From the NCBI GenBank assembly GCA_037445065.1, contig JBBILD010000004.1, forward strand, positions 168,692-232,691: a stretch of 64,000 bases of DNA, in the 5' to 3' direction. The position numbers and the translations under genes are program-made. Numbering within the stretch: the stretch's first letter is position 1; every line of letters begins with the position of its first letter. Origin of the DNA: Myxococcales bacterium. Its GTDB lineage: Bacteria > Desulfobacterota > Binatia > HRBIN30. The notes beneath the pieces are model-generated. The model searched no databases and had not been told where the DNA came from. It worked only from the letters and a program-made list of their open reading frames with translations. This document shows, in pieces, positions 9,446 to 17,817 of the stretch.

Positions 9446-11361
9446 ACGCAGCGGTGTTGCATGAGCGGCGCGAGCGACCGGTTCGCATCGCGCTCGTGGG
9501 TTCGCCCAATGCGGGCAAGACCACGCTGTTCAATGCGCTGACTGGCTCGCTGGCGCGGGTGGGGAATTACGCAGGCGTCACGGTGGAGCGCCGCGAGGGC
9601 GAACTGCGTGGCAGTGACGGCAACGTTTTGATTCTCGATTTGCCCGGAACGTACGCTTTGCGGGGGGAAGCGCCGGACGAAAAAATCGTGGAGCGAGTGC
9701 TGGACGGGAAACTCGCGGGCGAGCCCGAGCTGGACGGGGTGGTCGCAGTCGCCGATGCGACCACGTTGCGGCGCGGCCTGGGCCTGGTGCGGCAAGTCCT
9801 CGCACGCGGACTCCCCACCATCCTGGTGCTCACCATGATCGACGAGTTACGGGCGCGCGGCGGCAGGCTCGATGTGGGAAAACTGTCGCGGCATCTCGGG
9901 ATCCCCGTGCTGGGCGTCGTCGGCCACCGCGGTGTGGGTATCGAGCAAGTGGTGCGCCTGTTGCCGGAGCCTTGGCGATGGCCGCGCCCGAAACAACTGC
10001 CCCCTCGCGACGAAGACCCGATTCAGCGCTTTGCCTGGGTGGATGCAGTGTGCGACGCGGTGGGCGCAAGCAACATGCGCCCGGATACGCGCACCGATCG
10101 CATTGACCGCTGGCTTTTGCATCCGGTGTTCGGCCTCGCCACGTTAGCGGTGATTTTGTTGGTGTTCTTTCAGGCGATCTTTTCCTGGGCGGCTCCACTC
10201 ATGGATGCCATCGATGCTTTTTTCACCCAGCTTGCTGCCTGGTCGCGAGCGTTGTTGCCGCCGGGGCTTCTTACCGAACTGTGGGCCGGAGGGGTGGTCA
10301 CCGGAGTGGGGTCGGTCTTGGTCTTCCTACCCCAACTGGTCATCTTGTTTACGTTCATCCACCTGTTGAATGACCTCGGCTACATGGCGCGAGCGGCGTT
10401 CGTCGTGGATCGAATCATGGGCTGGGTTGGCCTGCAGGGACGCAGCTTCGTGCCACTGCTCTCGTGCTTTGCCTGTGCGGTGCCCGGAATCATGGCCACC
10501 CGTACGATTGCGTCGCCGCGCGAGCGCCTGGCCACGATCCTAGTGGCACCCTTCATGACCTGCTCAGCGCGACTACCCGTGTACACGTTGCTCATCTCGG
10601 CTTTCGTTCCTGCGCGCCCGGTGTGGGGGCCGATCGGGTTGCAAGGGTTGGTGATGTTCGGCCTGTACCTCCTCGGGGTGCTGACAGCGCTGACCTCGGC
10701 CGCGTTGTTCAGCAAGACGATGCTGCGCGGCACGCCCTCGGTGTTTTACATGGAACTTCCCCCTTACCGCTGGCCGACGGCCAAGTTGTTACTGCGCCAA
10801 GTGTGGGGCAGTGTCGCCGCCTTCTTGAAACGGGCGGGTACGATCATCCTCGCGGTCAGTTTGGTGATGTGGGCGCTACTGGCTTTTCCGCGGGTCCCGC
10901 ACGAGACGGGGCTGTCCGAGACAGAGCAGGCGCGCCTTCAGCTCGAGCAAAGCATCGCCGGCCGCATGGGCCGCGCCATCGAGCCAGCAATCGCACCGCT
11001 GGGGTTCGACTGGAAAGTGGGCGTTGGCTTGATCGCAAGCTTGGCCGCGCGCGAAGTGCTCGTTGCGACGCTGGCGCAGATTCATTCGGTGGCAAATGCG
11101 GACGATTACGATGGCTTGCGCGATGCGCTGCGGCGCGACGTGGACCCGAAAACCGGCAAGGCGGCCTTTACGCTTGCCATGGCGTTGAGCCTGCTCGTGT
11201 TTTTCGTCTTTGCCCTGCAGTGTACCTCTACGATCGTGGTCATGGCGCGCGAGACCGGTAGCTGGCGCTGGCCGGCGTTCGCGTTCACGTACATGCTCGC
11301 TTTGGCTTGGTTGGCGAGCTTCTTGACGTTTCAACTTGCGACCGCTGCCGGCGTAAGCTGA
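9442..11361 (+). CDS. feoB: Ferrous iron transport protein B
   Basis: G1 GSPNAGKTT, GNYAGVTVE, DLPGTY, CAVPG, PFMTCSARLP, MELPPY; start at MNAAV. Confidence 0.97.
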   Translation: MNAAVLHERRERPVRIALVGSPNAGKTTLFNALTGSLARVGNYAGVTVERREGELRGSDGNVLILDLPGTYALRGEAPDEKIVERVLDGKLAGEPELDGVVAVADATTLRRGLGLVRQVLARGLPTILVLTMIDELRARGGRLDVGKLSRHLGIPVLGVVGHRGVGIEQVVRLLPEPWRWPRPKQLPPRDEDPIQRFAWVDAVCDAVGASNMRPDTRTDRIDRWLLHPVFGLATLAVILLVFFQAIFSWAAPLMDAIDAFFTQLAAWSRALLPPGLLTELWAGGVVTGVGSVLVFLPQLVILFTFIHLLNDLGYMARAAFVVDRIMGWVGLQGRSFVPLLSCFACAVPGIMATRTIASPRERLATILVAPFMTCSARLPVYTLLISAFVPARPVWGPIGLQGLVMFGLYLLGVLTALTSAALFSKTMLRGTPSVFYMELPPYRWPTAKLLLRQVWGSVAAFLKRAGTIILAVSLVMWALLAFPRVPHETGLSETEQARLQLEQSIAGRMGRAIEPAIAPLGFDWKVGVGLIASLAAREVLVATLAQIHSVANADDYDGLRDALRRDVDPKTGKAAFTLAMALSLLVFFVFALQCTSTIVVMARETGSWRWPAFAFTYMLALAWLASFLTFQLATAAGVS

Positions 11362-11481
11362 CGCACGGACTCCCGCCAGACAGCGAAGGTGCCAGCGGTC
11401 CGGCATGCCGCCGAACCCAGCGCCAGGGTTACGCGATGCTTCCGGGTTCGTCTGTTGGGACCGCGGTCGCTGCCGCCCTCG

Positions 11482-12639
11482 TCAGGGCCGCGTATACAGG
11501 GCCACCACGCAGGCTCCACCGAGGCCGAGATTGTGCTGCAGGCCGACGCGTGCATTCTCGACCTGCCGCTTTTCGGCCTGCCCACGGAGCTGCCACACCA
11601 ATTCGGCGCATTGCGCCAACCCCGTGGCACCGAGCGGGTGCCCCTTGGAGAGCAGACCGCCGGAAGGATTCACCACCCAGCGCCCGCCGTACGTGGTGGC
11701 CTCGTCTTCGACGAGCTTCTCGCCCTCTCCCTCCGCGCACATGCCCAGACCCTCGTACGTGATGAGTTCGTTCGTACTGAAGCAATCGTGAAGTTCGATG
11801 ACGTCCACGTCCTCGATCCCGATGCCTGTCTCTTCGTAGACCCGGCGGGCTGCCCGTTCGGTCATTCCCATGCCCACCATCCCGATGCGACCGCGTGCCC
11901 AGTCTTCCATGCGGTCCGTGCTCATCGCCATGGCTTTGATTTCGGTCGCCCCAGGGTGGGGATGGCGTTTCAAGTAGTCTTCTGAGACCAGCACAGCCGC
12001 GGCTGCGCCATCGCTGGTCGGACAGCACTGCAGCAGGGTGAGAGGATCGTACACCATGCGGGAGGCCAGAATTTCCTCCAGGGAAAACTCTTGCCGGTAC
12101 TGGGCCCGCGGGTTGTGTACCGAGTGGCGGTGGTTTTTGACAGCGATCTTGGCAAAGGTTTCCGGCTTGGTGCCGTACTTCTCCATGTGGTCGCGCCCGG
12201 CATCCCCAAACATGCGAGCGGCAATCGGCGGCTTGTTCTCTCTCTCCGCTTCTTCTTTGAGCTGCTCGAGTCCCTTGAGCTGCTTTTCCAGCGGGCCCTT
12301 TTCCATTTTCTCGAAACCGAGTGCGAGGACGGCCTGGTTCATCCCCGTGCGAATCGCATTGTACGCCAGGTAGAGAGCGGTGGACCCGGTGGCGCAGTTG
12401 TTGTGCACGTTGTACACGGGGATTCCGGTCATCCCGATGCCATAGAGCGTGAGCTGACCAAGGGTGCTCATCCCATTGATGTAGCCGCAAAACGCTTGCT
12501 CAATGTTCTCGTATGGGATGCCCGCGTCCTTGAGCGCGGCCTGTGCAGCTTCTTGGCCGAGTTCGCGAACGTCTCGCTCGCAACGCTCGAACTTGGTCAT
12601 GCCCACCCCGATGACAAACACTCGCTGACCCGCGTTCAT
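11482..12639 (-). CDS. SCP-x-type thiolase (lipid-transfer protein)
   Basis: NNCATGS, ELHDCF, NPSGGLLSKGHPLGATG, HNLGLGG. Confidence 0.93.
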   Translation of the reverse strand: MNAGQRVFVIGVGMTKFERCERDVRELGQEAAQAALKDAGIPYENIEQAFCGYINGMSTLGQLTLYGIGMTGIPVYNVHNNCATGSTALYLAYNAIRTGMNQAVLALGFEKMEKGPLEKQLKGLEQLKEEAERENKPPIAARMFGDAGRDHMEKYGTKPETFAKIAVKNHRHSVHNPRAQYRQEFSLEEILASRMVYDPLTLLQCCPTSDGAAAAVLVSEDYLKRHPHPGATEIKAMAMSTDRMEDWARGRIGMVGMGMTERAARRVYEETGIGIEDVDVIELHDCFSTNELITYEGLGMCAEGEGEKLVEDEATTYGGRWVVNPSGGLLSKGHPLGATGLAQCAELVWQLRGQAEKRQVENARVGLQHNLGLGGACVVALYTRP

Positions 12640-12739
12640 CTGTGCTCCTCCCGCAACGGCTTTGGACTGTGGCCGTTTTAGAACGATCGCTTGAACTGGT
12701 AAAGGCCGACGGATCGCGGAGCCTCAGCCGAGAAGCGGG

Positions 12740-13192
12740 TCAGCCTGGCCCCGCCAGCCGGCGGAACTCCGCTGGAATCCGCACTGGCCGGCCCTGTTCA
12801 TTGAGGATCGCGTGCACAGTGAAGCCGGAGGCCACGACTTCCGCCTCACCTCCCCGCGTAATTTCGTAGTCAATGGTCAGGCGCGCGCGACTCACCTCAC
12901 GCAGGCCAGCACGGATCGAAAGCACGTCGTCGTAGCGAGCAGGCCGGTGGTAGCGGCAATGAACTTCTACCACTGCGAGGTACAACCCTTCTTGGATGTA
13001 CCGGGGAAAAGGATGCCCGAGAGCACGGAACAGTTCGGCCCGGCCGATTTCGAACAGGCGCAAGTAGCTGCCGTAGTACATGATGCGCATCGGGTCGCAG
13101 TCCGCGAACAAGACCCGATAGCGAGCCACTTCTCGCAGAGAGGACACCGCAGGGGCAGATGGGGTCACAACGCTGGCCACTCGTGCCTCCAC
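12740..13192 (-). CDS. Acyl-CoA thioesterase (YbgC/FadM, hotdog fold)
   Basis: RVLFADCDPMRIMYYGSYLRLFEIGR, YHRPARYDD. Confidence 0.9.
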   Translation of the reverse strand: MEARVASVVTPSAPAVSSLREVARYRVLFADCDPMRIMYYGSYLRLFEIGRAELFRALGHPFPRYIQEGLYLAVVEVHCRYHRPARYDDVLSIRAGLREVSRARLTIDYEITRGGEAEVVASGFTVHAILNEQGRPVRIPAEFRRLAGPG

Positions 13193-14571
13193 GGGCGAAG
13201 CTGTTCGTACTCGGCTGCCAGCTGTAACAACAGGTCTTCGCGCAAGCGAGGCGCGACGAACTGAATTCCCACGGGGAGTCCATTGTTCGTCTTTCCGGCG
13301 CGCAGGGAGATGGCCGGATGGCCGGTGAAGTTGAACGGGTACGTGAACGCAATTGCGCCGCCAGGGGTGCTCACCGGGACCCCGTCAACCTCGAAGGGGA
13401 TCGGTCCCTCCGCAGCAAATGGTTCGGTGGCGGTGGTCGGTGTGCAGAGGAGATCGAAGCGCTCGAAGTAATGGTTGACGGTGGCGGTCAGTTGGGCGCG
13501 CAGCTTGAGTACCTCGCCGAGGTCGGCAGGACGGAGCTGGCGCGCCAGTTCCACACCCACGCGATAGCCGGGATCGAGTAAGTCCTCGTTGTGAAAATGG
13601 GCGCCGTGGAAGGCATAATCCTCGACTGCCATGAGTCGAGCCCAATCCAGTACGATGTCCTGGAGTGGTGGTTCCACGAGTTCGACCCGATGGCCGGTTC
13701 CCTCGAGAGCCTGCAGCGCGCTTTCCACGGCCTCGCGTACCGCGCGCGCGGGACGCGCGTAGCCTAGGGTGGCAGAGTAGGCGATGCGCAGCCGCGCCGG
13801 CGGTTGGCAGATGATCTGGCGGTACGAAATCCCTGGATGGGGCAGTGAGAAGGGGTCTTCAGGGTGAGGGCCCACGGTGACGTCGAGCCATAACGCCGCA
13901 TCCTCCACCGAGCGGGTCAGGGGACCGCTGACAATGCAGTGCGAGAAGCGCAACGCGTCCTCGGGGCCCCACGGGATCCTTCCCTGGCTGGGCTTGAGTC
14001 CCACGAGCCCCGTGTATGCTGCCGGGATGCGCACCGAACCGCCACCATCGGAGGCTGTGGCGAGTGGAACGATGCCGCCCGCGACCGCTGCCGCCGAGCC
14101 CCCCGACGAGCCTCCGGGTGTCCGCTCGAGGTTCCAAGGATTGCGGGTCGGGCCAAAGACTCGATTGGTCGTAAACGCTGTGTAGCCGAACTCCGGAGTA
14201 TTGGTTTTGCCGATCACGATGGCGCCAGCTTGTTTGAGGCGAGCGACTTGGATCGTATCCCGCTGGGACACGTGGTCTTTGTAAATGAGCGAACCGTGCG
14301 TGTTGGGCAGGCCGACGGTATCCTCGAGGTCCTTGACCCCGAGCGGCAGACCCGCGAGCGGGCCAACGTCTTCCCCACGTGCCAAGCGTTCCGCGACCGC
14401 GCCGGCTTCACGCAACAGTTCTTCTTCTTCGCGTAGGCTCACGAACGCGTTCAGCCGCGGGTTCACGGTCGCCAGGCGATCCAGCGTGAAACGCATGAGT
14501 TCGACCGGCGACAGCTCTTTGCGCCGAATCGCTGCTGCCAGCTCGGAAGCAGAGGCAAAACGAAGATCCAT
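13165..14571 (-). CDS. Amidase signature family protein
   Basis: GVKDL, GKTNTPEFG, PGGSSGGSAAA, SDGGGSVRIPA; start at MDLRF. Confidence 0.95.
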   Translation of the reverse strand: MDLRFASASELAAAIRRKELSPVELMRFTLDRLATVNPRLNAFVSLREEEELLREAGAVAERLARGEDVGPLAGLPLGVKDLEDTVGLPNTHGSLIYKDHVSQRDTIQVARLKQAGAIVIGKTNTPEFGYTAFTTNRVFGPTRNPWNLERTPGGSSGGSAAAVAGGIVPLATASDGGGSVRIPAAYTGLVGLKPSQGRIPWGPEDALRFSHCIVSGPLTRSVEDAALWLDVTVGPHPEDPFSLPHPGISYRQIICQPPARLRIAYSATLGYARPARAVREAVESALQALEGTGHRVELVEPPLQDIVLDWARLMAVEDYAFHGAHFHNEDLLDPGYRVGVELARQLRPADLGEVLKLRAQLTATVNHYFERFDLLCTPTTATEPFAAEGPIPFEVDGVPVSTPGGAIAFTYPFNFTGHPAISLRAGKTNNGLPVGIQFVAPRLREDLLLQLAAEYEQLRPWRHEWPAL

Positions 14572-14904
14572 GCCGTGCTCCTTTCTCGGTGGTGTGCGCT
14601 GCCTAGGCGCAGAGCCCGTGGTGTGCAAGCGGGGTCGCTACGAAGCAAGTCGGGGCACTCGGCGGCGTGGTGGGTCAACGCGTCGCTGCTCTGGTACGGT
14701 GATGCTGCGCAAGCCGAACGCTGCCGCCAGAGCAGCAGGTCGTTCGTCCGCCCCAGGGGAAGCGGTTGCTCCAGGCCGGACCGCCATGGTCGGGGGCGCC
14801 GAGTACGGTGTGTCCCTCGGCTTGCGCAGCTTTCGGCGGGCGAGCCGCTGAGACACGCAGCCTCGGTTGAGGCCGGTTGCGGCCTCCATTATGAGCGGCC
14901 GGCC

Positions 14905-15462
14905 ATGGTAGTGATCGTCTACGGTTACGAGGGCTCAGGTCCTGGCCATTGGCAGCGGTGGCTCGAGAACGAACTACGCTCGCGCAATCACGCGGTCGTA
15001 TTCCCCGAGCTCCCCGCACCGCAGGCGCCGAGTTGCGAGGTGTGGGTCGAAGAACTGGCCAAAATCGTCCATGCCGCGCCGCAGCCTGTGACCTTCGTTG
15101 CTCACTCGCTCGGTTGTTGGGCGGTGGACCATTTCCTGGCCCGGTACGGAAGCAGCCGGGTACAGGCCGCTTTGCTGGTGGCGCCGCCCTCACCATATCT
15201 CCTGTTCGAGCCCGTGCAGAGTTTCTTTCCACCGCCGCAAAGGCAAGAGGCATGGTCGCCGATTGCCGCCGCGAGCTTGCTCGTGGGTAGCAACAACGAC
15301 CCGTACATCGAATTGTCAGAGCTGCGCGAAATCTCCGCCCGCCTGCGCGTTCCTCTCGAAGTCTTGCCCGGATCCGGACACATCAACATCGAGTCCGGTT
15401 TCGGTCCGTGGCCGTTCGCGCGGGAGTGGGTGGAGCGGCTGGGCGGCTCGGCCGCCGGATGA
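14905..15462 (+). CDS. RBBP9/YdeN-family alpha/beta hydrolase
   Basis: GYEGSGPGHWQ, VAHSLGC, SNNDPY, GHIN..SGFGPWP. Confidence 0.9.
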   Translation: MVVIVYGYEGSGPGHWQRWLENELRSRNHAVVFPELPAPQAPSCEVWVEELAKIVHAAPQPVTFVAHSLGCWAVDHFLARYGSSRVQAALLVAPPSPYLLFEPVQSFFPPPQRQEAWSPIAAASLLVGSNNDPYIELSELREISARLRVPLEVLPGSGHINIESGFGPWPFAREWVERLGGSAAG

Positions 15463-15519
15463 TTTGCACTTGCAGCTCGGCCACGCGAGTCGCCCTCGCG
15501 GCTCCCGGTGGCGCCTGGC

Positions 15520-16383
15520 TTACGCAGTGCCTGCCGCGGTGCGTTCCGTCGCCAGCCCGCCAAGGAAGTCGAGCACCGCGCGGTTGAATTCGTCCGGCAT
15601 CTCCAGGTTAAAGGCGTGGCTTCCGCCTGGGATCCGCACCAGCTTTGCCCCTGGGATCTTTGCTGCCAGGAGCTCGGAACACACTGGGGGCACGAGCTGA
15701 TCGGCGTCTCCAGTGATCACGAGCGTGGGGACGCGGAGCTCGGCCAGCCGGTCTTCCGTATTGTGAGCGAGTACGGCCGCAACTTGGCCGAGGATTCCTT
15801 CCGGCGAGAAACCGAACTGGATGCTGGCCGAGAACAGCTCGATGAGCTTGGGCAATTCGCGCGCGAGGAAGTCGGGGTTGAACACGAGCGGCATCAACGT
15901 CTGGAAGAAGCGCAGAGGATCGATCTGGGTGAGATCGATCCGAATCGAACCGTCGGAGTCGGTCGAACCGCCGAGTTGCGCGACCAGCGCGTCGCGGCGT
16001 GCCAAGATCGCGTCGTCGGCCTTCGCATACGTGCAAGCCAGCACCAGGCTGCGTACCGCATCGGGAAACTGCAAAGCAAGCTCTTGCGCGATCATGCCTC
16101 CCATCGAAACTCCGAGCACGTGTGCCGCAGGGATGGAGAGGGCGTCGAGCAAGCCTTTCGCATCCCGGGCCATTTGTGCGGTCGTGTACGGGCCAGGGGG
16201 CTTGCTGCTGCGCCCCACACCGCGATTGTCGAATACAATGGTACGGTAGCTCTGGGCGAAAGCAGGGCGCTGGTAGACCCAGGCGAGGGAATCTGCCGCC
16301 AGTCCCATGATCAGCAGCAGTGGCTCCCCGCCCCCTTCCTCTTCGTAGTACAGTTCGATGTTGTTGACGTTGACCGTGGGCAT
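15520..16383 (-). CDS. Alpha/beta hydrolase (enol-lactone hydrolase-like)
   Basis: FDNRGVGRS, GVSMGG nucleophile elbow, GDADQL, GSH. Confidence 0.92.
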   Translation of the reverse strand: MPTVNVNNIELYYEEEGGGEPLLLIMGLAADSLAWVYQRPAFAQSYRTIVFDNRGVGRSSKPPGPYTTAQMARDAKGLLDALSIPAAHVLGVSMGGMIAQELALQFPDAVRSLVLACTYAKADDAILARRDALVAQLGGSTDSDGSIRIDLTQIDPLRFFQTLMPLVFNPDFLARELPKLIELFSASIQFGFSPEGILGQVAAVLAHNTEDRLAELRVPTLVITGDADQLVPPVCSELLAAKIPGAKLVRIPGGSHAFNLEMPDEFNRAVLDFLGGLATERTAAGTA

Positions 16384-16445
16384 GAGCGCGCTTTTGCGCG
16401 TTGCCCGCGGCTAGCGCAAGGGTGGCCGCCGCTTCATCCACTGCT

Positions 16446-17486
16446 TCACGGCAAGAAATGAAAGCCGAGGTCGAGAGCGCCGGTGTCTCGGCCGAGCCCG
16501 GTGGTCGTGCGGTCGCGGAGGATGCGCCGCAACTCGACGCGGTCGTTGAGCGGATCGCCCGCGTCAAGCGCCGGGCTAGCCGCACGAAGTCGGAAGTCCC
16601 CGGTGATCGGATCGGCAAACAGCGCGTCGCGGGCGATATCGTGCGGCCCTTGCACAGTTGCAGGCGAATACGTGGGCGGAAATACCAGGTTGAAGTCGCC
16701 GCGAAAATCGGCCGTGCTCGGCGGTGAGGTGCTGACCTTGATATTTTCCGTGACTCCTGGGTTCAGCGCGTTTTGCTGCACGATGTTATTGAGCACGAGC
16801 GCCCCGGGAGATGCTTGCTGCGAGTTGCCGATCTCGATGCCTCGCCCACCGTTGCCGAAAATCGTATTGTGCAGAATCTGAGCGTTGCGCGAGCCGCCGC
16901 TGGTTCCCCCGATCCGAACTCCGGTGCCGCCGTTTCCCGTGATCAGATTATTGAACACGAGGACGCCTGCTGAATCGGTGACCCGCACGCCTTCGCCTGG
17001 GTTTGCCACGATCGTACAGTTGCGCACCACGGCGCTGTCGCTGCCACTCTTGAACGCCACGGCGGCGTCCGCCGCTCCGGTGATGGTAAAGCCGTCCACA
17101 ATGGTTCCATCCGAGTTTGCCAAGCTAAAGCCGGCCGCTCCCTGCTGGTTGCGCAGGTCGATCACCACCCGGCCCTGCGCAAGGAAGGTGAGTCGCTTGG
17201 GGGCTTGGCCCACAGCGGCGGTGGTGACTGGGTCGCGATACGTGCCGGGGGCGACGATGATCGTGTAGTCGTCGCGGGCAATCTGTGCTGCGCGGCGGAT
17301 CGAGGCCAGCGGAACAGACGGATCGGCGCCGGAATTGCTGTCGCTGCCGATTGGGCTCACGTAACAAATCTTGTCTGCCCCGTTGCACGGCGGCGGAGCG
17401 GGCAACACCAAATCACCTCCGCCCCCACAGGCATGGGCTGCCAGGGACACGACGGCCAAGAACCATTTACCGCGAGGAGAGCGCAT
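16446..17486 (-). CDS. Right-handed parallel beta-helix repeat lipoprotein (DUF1565-like N-terminus)
   Basis: Lipobox-like AAHAC-GGGG; YVSPIGSDSNSG...IIVAPGTY; repeated NN.I..N.G.G.; DFRL...SPALDAG; DLGF. Confidence 0.8.
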   Translation of the reverse strand: MRSPRGKWFLAVVSLAAHACGGGGDLVLPAPPPCNGADKICYVSPIGSDSNSGADPSVPLASIRRAAQIARDDYTIIVAPGTYRDPVTTAAVGQAPKRLTFLAQGRVVIDLRNQQGAAGFSLANSDGTIVDGFTITGAADAAVAFKSGSDSAVVRNCTIVANPGEGVRVTDSAGVLVFNNLITGNGGTGVRIGGTSGGSRNAQILHNTIFGNGGRGIEIGNSQQASPGALVLNNIVQQNALNPGVTENIKVSTSPPSTADFRGDFNLVFPPTYSPATVQGPHDIARDALFADPITGDFRLRAASPALDAGDPLNDRVELRRILRDRTTTGLGRDTGALDLGFHFLP

Positions 17487-17817
17487 GCGCTGGCACCTGC
17501 GATAACCGCGTATCATGCTGTGCTGGCGCTCTCCAGTAGGGTTTGTAGACCCCAATGGGGAACCTGGATCAGCAACCTGAATTCCATGCAGCAGTTCCGT
17601 CCGCCGTGCTGGCCTCGCGGCCCCCCGCCTCCCCTGCGTCACTGCCCCGCGCCGCTTCCGAGGCAGGGCGGAAACGAGCGGCAGGCGGGGGCAACTACGC
17701 GGCAGCGGCAGCCCGGACAAGGTGCCCGTCAAACCCTTTGCGGCGAGAAGCCGAAGGGTTGCCGTGCGCGAGGCGGCATGCCACTGCCTGTGTCGTTCGC
17801 GTCTGGGCTCGGGAGGA

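Noticed and set aside
7834..9795. Long antisense ORFs (653 aa here; also 40707..42335, 42106..43812, 33601..34530)
   Set aside because: Shadow frames of real genes in high-GC DNA; no motifs.
14575..14904. Small gene or N-terminal extension between the amidase and the YdeN-like hydrolase
   Set aside because: Translations are low-complexity with no motif or clear RBS; treated as divergent intergenic DNA.
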